A stretch of DNA of 64,000 nucleotides from Methanobacteriota archaeon. Lineage in GTDB: Archaea > Halobacteriota > Bog-38 > Methanoflorentales > Methanoflorentaceae. Below, piece by piece: positions 1-9,566 of the stretch (positions are counted from its first letter, which is position 1; the number at the start of each line of letters is the position of its first letter). A program made the translations under genes and the position numbers. Where the stretch lies: contig OY969693.1 of NCBI GenBank assembly GCA_963701995.1, positions 1,793,512 to 1,857,511 of the forward strand, written 5' to 3'. The notes under the pieces are model-generated. The model was not told the DNA's origin. It saw only the letters and a list, made by a program, of their open reading frames with translations, and did no database searches.

Positions 1-351
1 GGGTGGTTCGTTTACGACGGCTTTGTGGACAGACGGCAGCTCGAGCGCGGCTTGCAATGCGATGAGGCCGCCAGAGCTCAGCCCGAAGACGTTGTGCGCC
101 TCAGTCTCGGTTAGAAGCGTATCCACGTCTTCAACTTCTCTGCGCATGCTATAATTGTCACCAAATGGCCCACTCAGACCGCGGCCGCGCCTATCAGGAA
201 TATACACGGTGAACGCATCCGATAGAGCAGCGCCGAGCTTCGAATAACTCTGTGAGGCATTGGCGCCTCCGTGAAAAAGAATAACGCCCGGGCCATCGCC
301 CATCTGGCGATACCCTATCGCAGTCCCGTCCTTAGAGACGACTGAACCCAT
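1..351 (-). CDS. alpha/beta-hydrolase fold protein (N-terminal part; 3' end lies outside window)
   Basis: Reverse-complement translation gives MGSVVSKDGTAIGYRQMGDGPGVILFHGGANASQSYS...GLSSGG. This shows the HGG oxyanion motif and a GxSxG nucleophile elbow. ATG at ~351; an alternative GTG at ~372 follows an AGGTGA. Confidence 0.55.
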   Translation of the reverse strand, partial: MGSVVSKDGTAIGYRQMGDGPGVILFHGGANASQSYSKLGAALSDAFTVYIPDRRGRGLSGPFGDNYSMRREVEDVDTLLTETEAHNVFGLSSGGLIALQAALELPSVHKAVVNEPP

Positions 352-494
352 CTCGTATTTTCGGTTGCTCACCTAAATCCTCTAATGCTGCTAGAGTTGC
401 CCTTAATTGAACCGCATGTCAAGTTGGGCACGCTGTCGGGATTGTCCAAACAAAATTCGACCCGTCTTCCATCGCGCTGCACAAACTTTTTTTG

Positions 495-926
495 TTAGCT
501 CTGGATTTGTCGCACCAGACCAAACACATTAATGATGCGCCCTCTCTCCACGACCTTGCCATTGGCGAACTTGTTGAAGGCCATCATAGTGCCTCTGACC
601 TGTTTGCCTGTCGCTGGGACGCCCATAAACGTGCCAGAGTGTGTGCCACGCAACGTCGATCGCTCTGCGACCATGTCTCCTTCGGCAATCATAGTCTCGA
701 TCGTGAAGCTGAGGTCCGGAAAGCTCTTGCGAAGCCTGATAAGGCGTTCCTTAAATCCCTCAACGCCGGAGGCTTGCCCCTGAAGGGGGAGGAGGTCAAC
801 AACGTCGGCAGCGAGCGCTTCGTCTATCGCCTTCAAATCGACAGTGTTGAAGGCGTCGTAAAGGCGCCGAATGACCGCTTTGTTGTCTTCAAGCGACATA
901 GTGTGTTCGTTGTTTTTACGCCACAT
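495..926 (-). CDS. SnoaL-like / ester cyclase (NTF2-like fold) protein
   Basis: 143 aa; the N-terminal NKAVIRRLYDAFNT...DL pattern and length are typical of the ester-cyclase/SnoaL-like family. The overlapping + strand ORF 492..1397 is judged spurious. Confidence 0.5.
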   Translation of the reverse strand: MWRKNNEHTMSLEDNKAVIRRLYDAFNTVDLKAIDEALAADVVDLLPLQGQASGVEGFKERLIRLRKSFPDLSFTIETMIAEGDMVAERSTLRGTHSGTFMGVPATGKQVRGTMMAFNKFANGKVVERGRIINVFGLVRQIQS

Positions 927-1033
927 TTAAAGTGGTTGCGTTATCGAAGATGCATGCGGTTGAGATCTCGCGCGCTCAGCAGCCAAACGCAGAGCGTTAT
1001 GCTCAAGAACTTGCCCAGTGGCGAGCCCAGTCC

Positions 1034-1462
1034 TCAGCTTACCGCTTTCTTCACGAGCGCGCCGATCCTTGCCTCTTCGGCGGCAGTCAACTCCTTTAGC
1101 GCGAAGGCGATCGGCCACATGTGGCCTTCGTCGAGGTTCGCCTCGGAGTTGAAGCCAAGCGTCATGTACCTCTCTTTAAACTTCTGCCCGCTGCGGAAGA
1201 AGAAGACGACCTTGCCGTCCTTGGCATACGCGGGCATCCCGTACCAGAGTTTCGGCGAGAGGGCTGGCGCGCTGGCTTTGATGACTGCATGGAGCCGCTC
1301 GCCCATGGCGCGATCCGGTCCCGGCATCGCGGCGATCGCCGCGAGCACGGCGCTTTCCCCGTCCGCCTTGTCCGCGCGCTGGTCGGGCTTTTGTTGATTG
1401 ATCGTTGTTTCTTTCTTTGTGTTTTTCATGAGTTGCCTCTTAACTGTTTCAAGACGATTCAC
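1034..1462 (-). CDS. DUF1801 (YdhG-like) domain protein
   Basis: 142 aa; the central LWYGMPAY...GKVVFFF motif is characteristic of DUF1801. Confidence 0.5.
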   Translation of the reverse strand: MNRLETVKRQLMKNTKKETTINQQKPDQRADKADGESAVLAAIAAMPGPDRAMGERLHAVIKASAPALSPKLWYGMPAYAKDGKVVFFFRSGQKFKERYMTLGFNSEANLDEGHMWPIAFALKELTAAEEARIGALVKKAVS

Positions 1463-1728
1463 GTTGTTTTATCGCTAAAAAAAACGGGGTACAGGGCGGA
1501 TAAGTCTTGTCCACTTTTTCAACAAGCTTTGCGGACAGTAGCGACAGATTTGGCACTTTTGTACGACTCCGCAGGTGGCCGCCGAAAAACTTTTTCGGAA
1601 GTGCTCGACCAGCTCCGACGCGCATCATTCAGATTGCAACACCTTTTACCTCCGCCTGATGTAGGCGAAGACAACTACCCGTCAAAGGGTCAGGGCAGAA
1701 GTCATTTTCTAAGAATTGATGACACTCT

Positions 1729-2388
1729 CTATTTAGTCGGTCGCAAAGTCGAAGATTTCAGCACTGCTAACACATGCTTTCTATAATCGACTCCGTCCAT
1801 CAAGGTGATGATGTCATCTTCACCTGATTCTGACGGTTCGAGCGTTACTTTGTCGAACTTATGGTCGATGCCGCCCTCCGTTTCCACGCTGTGCCAATAA
1901 AAGCGAACTTGTTTAGGCACGTCCAGGGGTATGCCACGCTTTGCCTTCTCATAAGCAGCGATCCACGTCTGCATTATCGCTTGCCATTCAGCATTGAGCT
2001 TCTGGATCCCCGGTCGATACATAAAGTTCACGTTGAATGACTTGTATGTCAACTCCTCTACAGGGACACGTCCTGTATATGGGCCATATATAAAGGACGA
2101 ATGTTCTTTGTATGCCCGATCTGCCGCCTGCCCGATGTACGGTATCAGTCGCAACGATGGGTGATGAGCGATGCGAGGGCTATGCCGTACTGCCCAGACT
2201 GCCGCTGCCGTATACACCGCCTCCTCGCTCCATGATGCGGCGCGTCCTTTTTTTCCACTCCCCTTCCCGTGTTTGTAGCGTTCCGGTTCAGGGATGATAT
2301 GGAGAGTATATGCCCACCCTTTGAGCGTGTCTAGTGCAATATCCACACCTAGTTTATGAAGCCGGGCTTGAACTTCGTCAAGGTTCAT
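1729..2388 (-). CDS. hypothetical protein (island-border gene)
   Basis: 219-aa ORF with no recognisable motif. It is followed by a sharply AT-rich divergent promoter region. Confidence 0.4.
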   Translation of the reverse strand: MNLDEVQARLHKLGVDIALDTLKGWAYTLHIIPEPERYKHGKGSGKKGRAASWSEEAVYTAAAVWAVRHSPRIAHHPSLRLIPYIGQAADRAYKEHSSFIYGPYTGRVPVEELTYKSFNVNFMYRPGIQKLNAEWQAIMQTWIAAYEKAKRGIPLDVPKQVRFYWHSVETEGGIDHKFDKVTLEPSESGEDDIITLMDGVDYRKHVLAVLKSSTLRPTK

Positions 2389-2426
2389 TTGTTCATCTTA
2401 CCGTCGTCTTGCTATATGTACTTACT

Positions 2427-2476
2427 CTATTAGTTTTAATATAAGATTTCTACGGTTACCTATTAGTTTCAATATA
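2427..2476. repeat. 17-bp imperfect direct repeat (ctattagttt[t/c]aatata x2, ~33 bp apart) in AT-rich divergent intergenic region
   Basis: Read directly from the sequence. A nearby palindrome CATAGCgagtgGCTATG lies at ~2565-2585. Confidence 0.6.
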
Positions 2477-2618
2477 TTATAAAAAAATGCCAAATATAAC
2501 GCTTAAAATGCGAAAAATAAAACCATTAGAAAATGACTTAAAGGATAACAGCGTCATGATTTTTAGCCATAGCGAGTGGCTATGCATAAATTGACGTCTA
2601 AGCTCCGCTTTAGCAAAA

Positions 2619-3038
2619 GTGAAGGAGTATAAACACATGATTGAAAATTTAAAACCAATAGAACGAGAAGCGAATGACGAATCCCTCCCGATGCCTGAAT
2701 CAAAGGCAGTAATTGGAAACGAGCTAACGGAAGGAACGCACCGGTTCAGAATAACAGGTCGTACAATAGAGACCGATGTAAAGCTCAAGGGAAAAACGGG
2801 AACTTACACTAGATTCGAATTGCGTGCTAGGCCGATAGATATGGAACTCGACCAAGGGAAATCGCTTGGAATCTTCTACTCGTATAACTTAAAGACGTCG
2901 ACCGAATGCGGGCACTTCCTCAAAAATCAAGGCGTGCATATTGAGTATCTCGACAACGATCGTGTGAACCTCATAGGATTGATCGGGAGCAGCTTCAAGG
3001 CAGAAGCCGCCAAAAGGCAAGAAATAGAAAAAGCTTAG
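2619..3038 (+). CDS. hypothetical protein
   Basis: 139-aa ORF preceded by GAAGGAG RBS-like sequence; no recognisable domain. Confidence 0.4.
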   Translation: MKEYKHMIENLKPIEREANDESLPMPESKAVIGNELTEGTHRFRITGRTIETDVKLKGKTGTYTRFELRARPIDMELDQGKSLGIFYSYNLKTSTECGHFLKNQGVHIEYLDNDRVNLIGLIGSSFKAEAAKRQEIEKA

Positions 3039-3206
3039 CTCTTCGCAGCGCGAACCCATTTCTAAACCAAATGTATTAGTAACAATTGATGCAACTGAGC
3101 TTAGTCATTTGACTGCTATCAATATTGCAGACTTTTCCTTGTCAACGACTTATTTCCTCTAGAATCAAAGAACTGGTTTGCGTTAGATAAGTGCGAGGTG
3201 AGAAAT

Positions 3207-3368
3207 ATGCAACTCATAAAATGTGACAGGTGCAAAGAGATTACAGACTACCGAGGTTTTCTAACCGTTGAGACTACTCGATTTAAAAACTCGTTTGACC
3301 TTTGTAAAAAATGCGAAGATGAAATGAGGGAACTGGTAAGAAATGCTATAACAGTTGACGAGGGATAA
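3207..3368 (+). CDS. small zinc-ribbon protein (~53 aa; two CxxC pairs)
   Basis: Hand-translated: MQLIKCDRCKEITDYRGFLTVETTRFKNSFDLCKKCEDEMRELVRNAITVDEG. A GAGGTGA Shine-Dalgarno-like sequence lies 6 nt upstream. It is below the ORF-track size cutoff, and coordinates may be off by one. Confidence 0.4.
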   Translation: MQLIKCDRCKEITDYRGFLTVETTRFKNSFDLCKKCEDEMRELVRNAITVDEG

Positions 3369-3966
3369 GCCGAGTCGCAGCGATGATTGGACAGACATAG
3401 TCTCGGATTTCGCAGCGGTTATGCTAGCCGCCGCTACTACTATCTTAGTGATTGTTACGGGGCGGCTTGTAGCTACTGCCTCGCTAGAGCAGAACGGCTT
3501 GACGGATCGTATTTGCGGACGTTTGCCCTTGAGTTAAAAGAGCAGCTCGCCCAGACGCTTACTGCGTTTGTTATGTCGATTTTGACTCAGCCACGTAGGC
3601 GCCTAGATACGGAAAGTGCTGCGGAGCCACCGCTTCGTCAAATCATTGATGCGTTGCAGTAGGTGATGTGCACACATGACGCTGAAAAGCTGGCGATTTC
3701 TGTACTCGAAATCTACAAAGGCAGTTTAGCGAATGGCGACGAAAGTCTGTTTGACCTACCGTAGAATGTTAGTGAAGTCACATAGTCTCGTCAGCACAGT
3801 GAAAAAACCAAAAGCATTTTGGTGTATTCACGCAGCTTAAGCAACATATTGAACAAGAAGCGACCAGAAGGCGGGGTCAAAAAAGAGATCAGCCATAAGC
3901 GCGTCCTGCTTGGGTTATGGAAGAGCGAGATCGACAGCGGACGTCTTTGGAATAAATAACCAGACA

Positions 3967-5457
3967 ATGAGACAGGAAAAGATCGCCACGGAAGAATTAA
4001 CGCTTGACGAGATGGAGCAAGCGCTCTGGAAAGCCGCTGACATCCTCCGAGGCGCAGTCAGACCTGAGAGATACGGCAGCTATATGCTTCCGCTACTCTT
4101 CTTCAAACGACTATCTGATGTCTACGAGGAGGAGTATCAGGCGCTCCTTGAAAGGTTCAAGGACGAGGAAATCGCCAAGAGCAAGTTTCACCGCTTTACA
4201 ATCCCTGGGGGGTGTTTGTGGGAGGATATCCGTGTGGTGGCTCAAAACGTGGGTCAGAAACTCAATGATACGCTTGCCCAAATCGCAAAAATTAATTCAT
4301 CGCTTGAAGGTGTGATCAACCGCGCAGATTTCAACAAGCAGGACGAGCTCCCGCAAGATCGGCTCATAAGGCTTATCGAGCACTTCAGCCCTCTTCATCT
4401 TGGCAACAACGATGTCTCACCCGACATACTTGGTACGGTCTACGAGTATCTCCTCAAGAAGTTTAATGAGGTGGCTCCGCAACGGGCTGGAGAGTTTTAT
4501 ACGCCGAGAGAGGTTGTCCGGACGATGGTGGAGATCCTTGATCCTCAAGAGGGATATGAGATTTACGATCCGTGTTGCGGAAGTGGGGGGATGCTCATTG
4601 AGTCGCACTATCACCTTGCGCGAGAGGGTAAAGATCCGAAGAAACTTTTCTTATATGGCCAGGAGATCAATGGCGAAACGTGGACTATTGCGATGATGAA
4701 CGTCATGCTCCACGATCTTGAGGCAGAGCTGGATCAAGGTGATAGTTTTGCTGATCCAAGGTTCCTGGATGGATCTTCCTTGAAGCAGTTTGATCTAGTG
4801 ATCGCCAATCCAATGTGGAACCAGGATGGCTACCGATCGATTATGGAAAGCGATCAGTTTGGTCGTTTCACGTATGGCATAGCATCGAATAGTTCTGCCG
4901 ATTGGGGTTGGATACAGCATATGCTCGCCAGCTTAAAGACTACAGGAAGAATGGGCATCGTTCTTGACCAAGGAGCGCTGTTTCGAGGCGGCGCTGAAGG
5001 GAAGATAAGAAAACAGATCATTGAGAAGGACTTAGTGGAGTGCGTGGTAGCTTTGCCTGAGAAGTTGTTTTACAATACCGGAGCTCCAGGATGTTTGCTT
5101 TTCCTAAACAAAGAGAGAAAAAAGGACAGAAGATCGAAAATCCTTTTCATCTATGCTGCCAAAGGGTTCGAGAAGCGCAAGAGCATGAACCAACTGAGAG
5201 ATGAAGACGTTCAGGGGATTACAGATGCTTACAAGCATTTCAAAGACGTTGAAGGTTACTGCAAATTGGCCGACTTGGACACTGTTAGAGCTAACGACTA
5301 CAACTTGGCCGTGAATCGATATGCAGGAGTGTTAGATGATGAAGAGCTGGTGGACGTGGCGAAAATCTGGCAAGAGCTGAGGAGGCTGGAGAGTGAAAGA
5401 CAACTAATTGATGGGAGAGTGAAGAATTTCTTGGAGGAATTGGGCTATGAGAAGTAG
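3967..5457 (+). CDS. hsdM: Type I restriction-modification system, M subunit (N6-adenine DNA methyltransferase)
   Basis: Typical HsdM N-terminus (MRQEKIATEELTLDEMEQALWKAADILRG) and the motif I region DPCCGSGGML. The catalytic motif is the divergent NPMW in place of NPPF/Y. The C-terminal helical region and an 11-nt overlap with hsdS fit the family. The track ORF begins at 3910; the ATG at 3967 is preferred. Confidence 0.85.
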   Translation: MRQEKIATEELTLDEMEQALWKAADILRGAVRPERYGSYMLPLLFFKRLSDVYEEEYQALLERFKDEEIAKSKFHRFTIPGGCLWEDIRVVAQNVGQKLNDTLAQIAKINSSLEGVINRADFNKQDELPQDRLIRLIEHFSPLHLGNNDVSPDILGTVYEYLLKKFNEVAPQRAGEFYTPREVVRTMVEILDPQEGYEIYDPCCGSGGMLIESHYHLAREGKDPKKLFLYGQEINGETWTIAMMNVMLHDLEAELDQGDSFADPRFLDGSSLKQFDLVIANPMWNQDGYRSIMESDQFGRFTYGIASNSSADWGWIQHMLASLKTTGRMGIVLDQGALFRGGAEGKIRKQIIEKDLVECVVALPEKLFYNTGAPGCLLFLNKERKKDRRSKILFIYAAKGFEKRKSMNQLRDEDVQGITDAYKHFKDVEGYCKLADLDTVRANDYNLAVNRYAGVLDDEELVDVAKIWQELRRLESERQLIDGRVKNFLEELGYEK

Positions 5458-6688
5458 GTTGAAAGAAGCTTCACTCGATGATGTCTGTTTGTTGGTCACT
5501 GATGGTACTCATGATACGCCTAAGCGAGTAAAAGACGGCTTTCCGTTAATTAAGGCTAAGGAAATCGTCGGCCGAAAAATCGATTTTGAGACTTGCGATC
5601 GAATTTCGGAAAAGGAACACCTGCGGGTTATAGCAAGGTCGAAACCTGAATATGGAGATACTCTATTTGCACACATAGGCGCTTCTCTTGGGGAAGCTGC
5701 CTTCGTAAATACAAACCGTTCTTTTAGCATCAAAAACATCGCTTTGTTTAAACCAAACCCAGCAATAATAAATCAACGCTATCTTTTTTATTTGATAACA
5801 AGTCCCGCCTTCCAAGAGCTAGCCAAACGGACCAAAACAGGTTCAGCGCAACCATTTCTCAGTCTTGGAAAGCTGAGAGCTCATCGAATAACTTATCACC
5901 AGGTTATGGATGAGCAACGGAAGATCGCGGCGATTCTCTCCGAAGTTGATAATTCTATTGAAAAATCCGACGAGATTATCACAAAGACGCAGCAGCTCCG
6001 AACAGGTCTCATGCAGCAGCTGTTGACCAAGGGGATCGGACATACGAGGTTTAAGCAAACGGAACTCGGAGAGATTCCAGAAGAATGGGAGGTAGTTTAT
6101 TTCAGACAAATTATCACTTCGTACAGAAATGGTATTTATAAACCATCTAGTTTCTATGGCAGAGGCATTCCGAGTGTCAGAATGTACAACATTGACGATG
6201 GAAAAGTCAACAAAGCTAAAGCTCCTTTGCTTGATGTAACAAAACCAGAAGCGAAAAGTTATGGACTCCTTCCAGGCGATATTCTGATAAACAGAGTTAA
6301 TAGCATAGATCAGGTCGGCAAAGCAGGAATCGTGCAAGATGACCTTGGAGATGCTATCTTTGAAAGCAAAAACATCAGGGTTAGAGTGAGCCCTGATAGA
6401 TGCGATCCGCATTATCTCGCATATTTTTTGTGTACGTCTCTGTATCTTAAGCAGATCCGGTCGAGAATCAAACCGGCAGTCTCTCAGGCAACAATCAATC
6501 AAGATGATTTAGACCAAATCCAGATCTGTATGCCCCCCTTATCAGAACAGCAAGAAATCGCCTCTATTCTATCGACTCTGGATGAAAAAATTGAAACAGA
6601 AATGCAAAGGAAAGAAGAAGTCGAACATCTCAAGAAAGGCCTCGTAAGTGATCTTCTAACTGGAAAAGTGAGAGTTAAGGTGACATAA
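5447..6688 (+). CDS. hsdS: Type I restriction-modification system, S (specificity) subunit
   Basis: 413 aa with two target-recognition-domain halves separated by conserved coiled-coil spacers (…LRTGLMQQLLTKG… / …KKGLVSDLLTGKVRV). Positioned between hsdM and hsdR. Confidence 0.8.
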   Translation: MRSRLKEASLDDVCLLVTDGTHDTPKRVKDGFPLIKAKEIVGRKIDFETCDRISEKEHLRVIARSKPEYGDTLFAHIGASLGEAAFVNTNRSFSIKNIALFKPNPAIINQRYLFYLITSPAFQELAKRTKTGSAQPFLSLGKLRAHRITYHQVMDEQRKIAAILSEVDNSIEKSDEIITKTQQLRTGLMQQLLTKGIGHTRFKQTELGEIPEEWEVVYFRQIITSYRNGIYKPSSFYGRGIPSVRMYNIDDGKVNKAKAPLLDVTKPEAKSYGLLPGDILINRVNSIDQVGKAGIVQDDLGDAIFESKNIRVRVSPDRCDPHYLAYFLCTSLYLKQIRSRIKPAVSQATINQDDLDQIQICMPPLSEQQEIASILSTLDEKIETEMQRKEEVEHLKKGLVSDLLTGKVRVKVT

Positions 6689-9556
6689 GTGCCTTACACT
6701 GAAGTCGACGTCGTTGAAAAGCCAATCATCGACTGGCTTCAGCAGTTGGGTTGGACGTATGTCCCCGCCGATAAACTGAATCGAAATACTGAAGAGCCCT
6801 TTGACCTAGCCGTCCTGCGTGAAACGATCCAGCGACTCAATCCAGCGACCATTCTCACAGCTGAAGACGTCGATACGGTCATCAATCATCTCAGACAGAT
6901 CTCTAATGATATCAACGGCAACCGGCACTTTTCAGAATGGGTTAAGGGAGACCGAAGCATCGTACTGCGCCGAGGCGAGAAGGCCCAGGTTATCCGTTTA
7001 GTTAACCCTAGTATTGAGGAGAACATCTTCACTGCGACAAATCAGTTCACGTTCTTCGGGTACGAGCACGTTCGGTTCGATATCGTGCTGATGATAAACG
7101 GCATTCCACTCACACTAATAGAAGCCAAAAAGCCAACCCGCGAAACTTTAGACTATCACGAAGCCATAACACAAATATTACGATACCACAGGGATGCCCC
7201 CCAGTTTTTCAAACATTTAGCCCTTGCTTGTGCGACTGACGGGGTTAATTTCCGCTATGACTGGATAGCCCCCGACAAGTTTTTTGAGTGGAAGGATCGG
7301 GATAAACGATTCACAGACCCCCTTGAAGCATCCGTCAATGCCTTTTTCGAGCGTGGTTTCTTTTTAGACTTCATTAACAACTTCGTCGTTTTTGAAACTG
7401 AGCGCGAGCAGGTACGCAAGAAGATCGCAATGTACCAGCAAGTAAGTGCTGCTAATAAAATTGTCTCGCGCATCATTGAGGGGAAAATAAAGAGCGGTCT
7501 TATATGGCACACACAAGGATCCGGTAAGTCGCTCACTATGCTCTTTGCTGCGTGGAAGCTCAAAAAGGCCCCACAACTGTTAAATCCCACGATTTTGCTC
7601 CTCGTCGATCGGATAGACTTAGAGCGGCAACTGTCTGGGGCGTTTGCAAACGTCGACTTTCCCTATACTACAAAAGCAAAGAGCTCCCAGGATCTTATCG
7701 AGAAACTCTCAAAAGATAGTCGAGAAGTCATCATCACCACTGTACAGAAGTTTAGGAGAGAGCTAAAAGAGGCGCTAAGCGAACGTGAAAACATTATAAT
7801 CTTCGTTGACGAGGCGCATCGATCACAATACGGAAAGTTTGCGATGCGGGTGCGACAGGCTTTCCCAAACGCCTTTGTGTTTGGGTTTACCGGCACGCCC
7901 ATCGAGAAAGGAGCGGCGGGGAGGAGCACTTTTCGGACGTTCTGCCCCCAAGGCGAGACGTACCTCGACAAGTATGGTATACGCCAATCGATTGAAGATG
8001 GCGCGACAATTCGTCTCCTCTATCAATCACGGTTAGTGAATTACCACATCCCACGCGAGGAGCTCGACAGGGAGTTCCTTTCGATCACACTGGGCCTCTC
8101 TGAGAAGAGGCAGGAAGAGGTGCTCGATAAGAGCGCTACCATCCGGACGGCTTTAAAGGCACAGCATCGAATTGAAGCCATTGCACAAGACGTCGCCGAA
8201 CATTATACTACTCACATTGCTCCCAACGGATTCAAAGCACAGCTTGTCGCGGTCGACCGAGAAGCGTGCGCGATGTACAAGGAAGCGCTCGACCGACATT
8301 TGCCGGTCGAAGAATCTGTCGTGATCTACACCGCAAACCAAAACGACAGCGAACTTTTGCGACGCTATCACCTCGATAAAGACGAACAAATGACGATCAC
8401 AGGAGGCAGCTTCCAGAAGCAAGGTGAGAATCCCAAGATACTGATTGTCACCGACATGCTGCTCACCGGCTTTGATGCACCAATCGAGCAGGTGATGTAC
8501 TTAGACAAACCGATGCGCGACCATAAGCTCCTCCAAGCGATTGCACGAACAAACCGACCATATCCTGGCAAGGCAGCAGGGATCATCGTGGATTATGTCG
8601 GCATCTTCGATAATCTCGTAAAGGCTCTCAACTTTCAAGAGGAGGATATAGAAGGGGTTGCCTTCGACTATGAAGTGTTAAAAGAAGAGTTCAGTGCCAT
8701 TATTGCCTCTGCTATCAAGCCATTCAGCGAGATCGTGCGAGATGGGTCGCGGGAATCACTTTTTAAGGCGTTCTCCGTCCTTGATAATGAAAAGCGATAC
8801 AAAGAATTCAAAAAGGGCCTTCAACAGCTTAAGCGGCGATACGAGACCATTGCGCCCGACCCGTTTCTTTTGCAATATGACGATGACTATACGTGGCTCA
8901 TAGAAGTGAACGAAGCTCATAACAAGTTTCGCCACCGCGAGGATCCCGACCTCGCGGAATATCAAGAAAAAACGAAGCAGCTCATCAGGGAGAAGCTTCT
9001 AGTCAATGCGCTGGAAACGCAACTCCCCTTATTTGAAATAGACAGTGAGTATCTCAAGAAACTTGATGGACATCATTTCACCAAGCGGCAGAAAGTGATG
9101 GAAATAACCGAAGCAGTACGCCGTCACATCAGCATCAACGTCGAAACGAACCCCATCTATGAAACGCTGAGTCACCGGCTGGAACGAATTTTGAAGATCG
9201 AGGATATACCAAAACTGCTTGAGGCGATGGAACTTCTTGTGGGAAACATCGTTGAGACAGAACGACGTGCCAAGGAACTCGGCCTGTCAAAAGAGGAGTA
9301 CGCCCTTTTAAACGTGGCCAAGAAGTACGTGCATAACGAAAGCGATGCCGTGCTCATCGCCTTCACTAAGCGCGTTACTGACACTATAAAACCGCGGCTT
9401 TTCCCTGGTTGGTGGCGGAAGGTGAAGGTTGCAACAGAGATAGAAAAGACGTTGTTTGATGCGTGCTTCGAGGAGTTTAGAGGACAGCTGAGCATGAAAG
9501 ACCTCACATCGTTCTGTGAAGAGCTGATGGACTTTGTCGTGAAGTACAATCAGTAG
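6689..9556 (+). CDS. hsdR: Type I restriction enzyme R subunit (HsdR; PD-(D/E)xK nuclease plus SF2 helicase)
   Basis: N-terminal D...LIEAKKP nuclease motif, Walker A TQGSGKSLTM, DEAH box VDEAHRSQ and 955 aa length. GTG start immediately follows the hsdS stop. Confidence 0.85.
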   Translation: MPYTEVDVVEKPIIDWLQQLGWTYVPADKLNRNTEEPFDLAVLRETIQRLNPATILTAEDVDTVINHLRQISNDINGNRHFSEWVKGDRSIVLRRGEKAQVIRLVNPSIEENIFTATNQFTFFGYEHVRFDIVLMINGIPLTLIEAKKPTRETLDYHEAITQILRYHRDAPQFFKHLALACATDGVNFRYDWIAPDKFFEWKDRDKRFTDPLEASVNAFFERGFFLDFINNFVVFETEREQVRKKIAMYQQVSAANKIVSRIIEGKIKSGLIWHTQGSGKSLTMLFAAWKLKKAPQLLNPTILLLVDRIDLERQLSGAFANVDFPYTTKAKSSQDLIEKLSKDSREVIITTVQKFRRELKEALSERENIIIFVDEAHRSQYGKFAMRVRQAFPNAFVFGFTGTPIEKGAAGRSTFRTFCPQGETYLDKYGIRQSIEDGATIRLLYQSRLVNYHIPREELDREFLSITLGLSEKRQEEVLDKSATIRTALKAQHRIEAIAQDVAEHYTTHIAPNGFKAQLVAVDREACAMYKEALDRHLPVEESVVIYTANQNDSELLRRYHLDKDEQMTITGGSFQKQGENPKILIVTDMLLTGFDAPIEQVMYLDKPMRDHKLLQAIARTNRPYPGKAAGIIVDYVGIFDNLVKALNFQEEDIEGVAFDYEVLKEEFSAIIASAIKPFSEIVRDGSRESLFKAFSVLDNEKRYKEFKKGLQQLKRRYETIAPDPFLLQYDDDYTWLIEVNEAHNKFRHREDPDLAEYQEKTKQLIREKLLVNALETQLPLFEIDSEYLKKLDGHHFTKRQKVMEITEAVRRHISINVETNPIYETLSHRLERILKIEDIPKLLEAMELLVGNIVETERRAKELGLSKEEYALLNVAKKYVHNESDAVLIAFTKRVTDTIKPRLFPGWWRKVKVATEIEKTLFDACFEEFRGQLSMKDLTSFCEELMDFVVKYNQ

Positions 9557-9566
9557 GCGCAACAGC

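Noticed and set aside
492-1397. 301-aa + strand ORF spanning two minus-strand genes
   Set aside because: Runs antisense to the SnoaL-like and DUF1801 genes. Its composition is Ala/Ser/Arg-rich, typical of a GC-frame artefact, with no motif.
1560-1600. Possible att-like similarity (ccgcaggtggccgccg) to the tRNA-Val T-arm region
   Set aside because: Only ~9/11 scattered matches, which is not convincing as a direct repeat. The left att site remains unidentified.
3910-3966. N-terminal extension of hsdM (MGYGRARSTADVFGINNQT)
   Set aside because: Homologous HsdM proteins begin at the MRQEK…LTLDEMEQ region. The extension has no RBS context and was trimmed.
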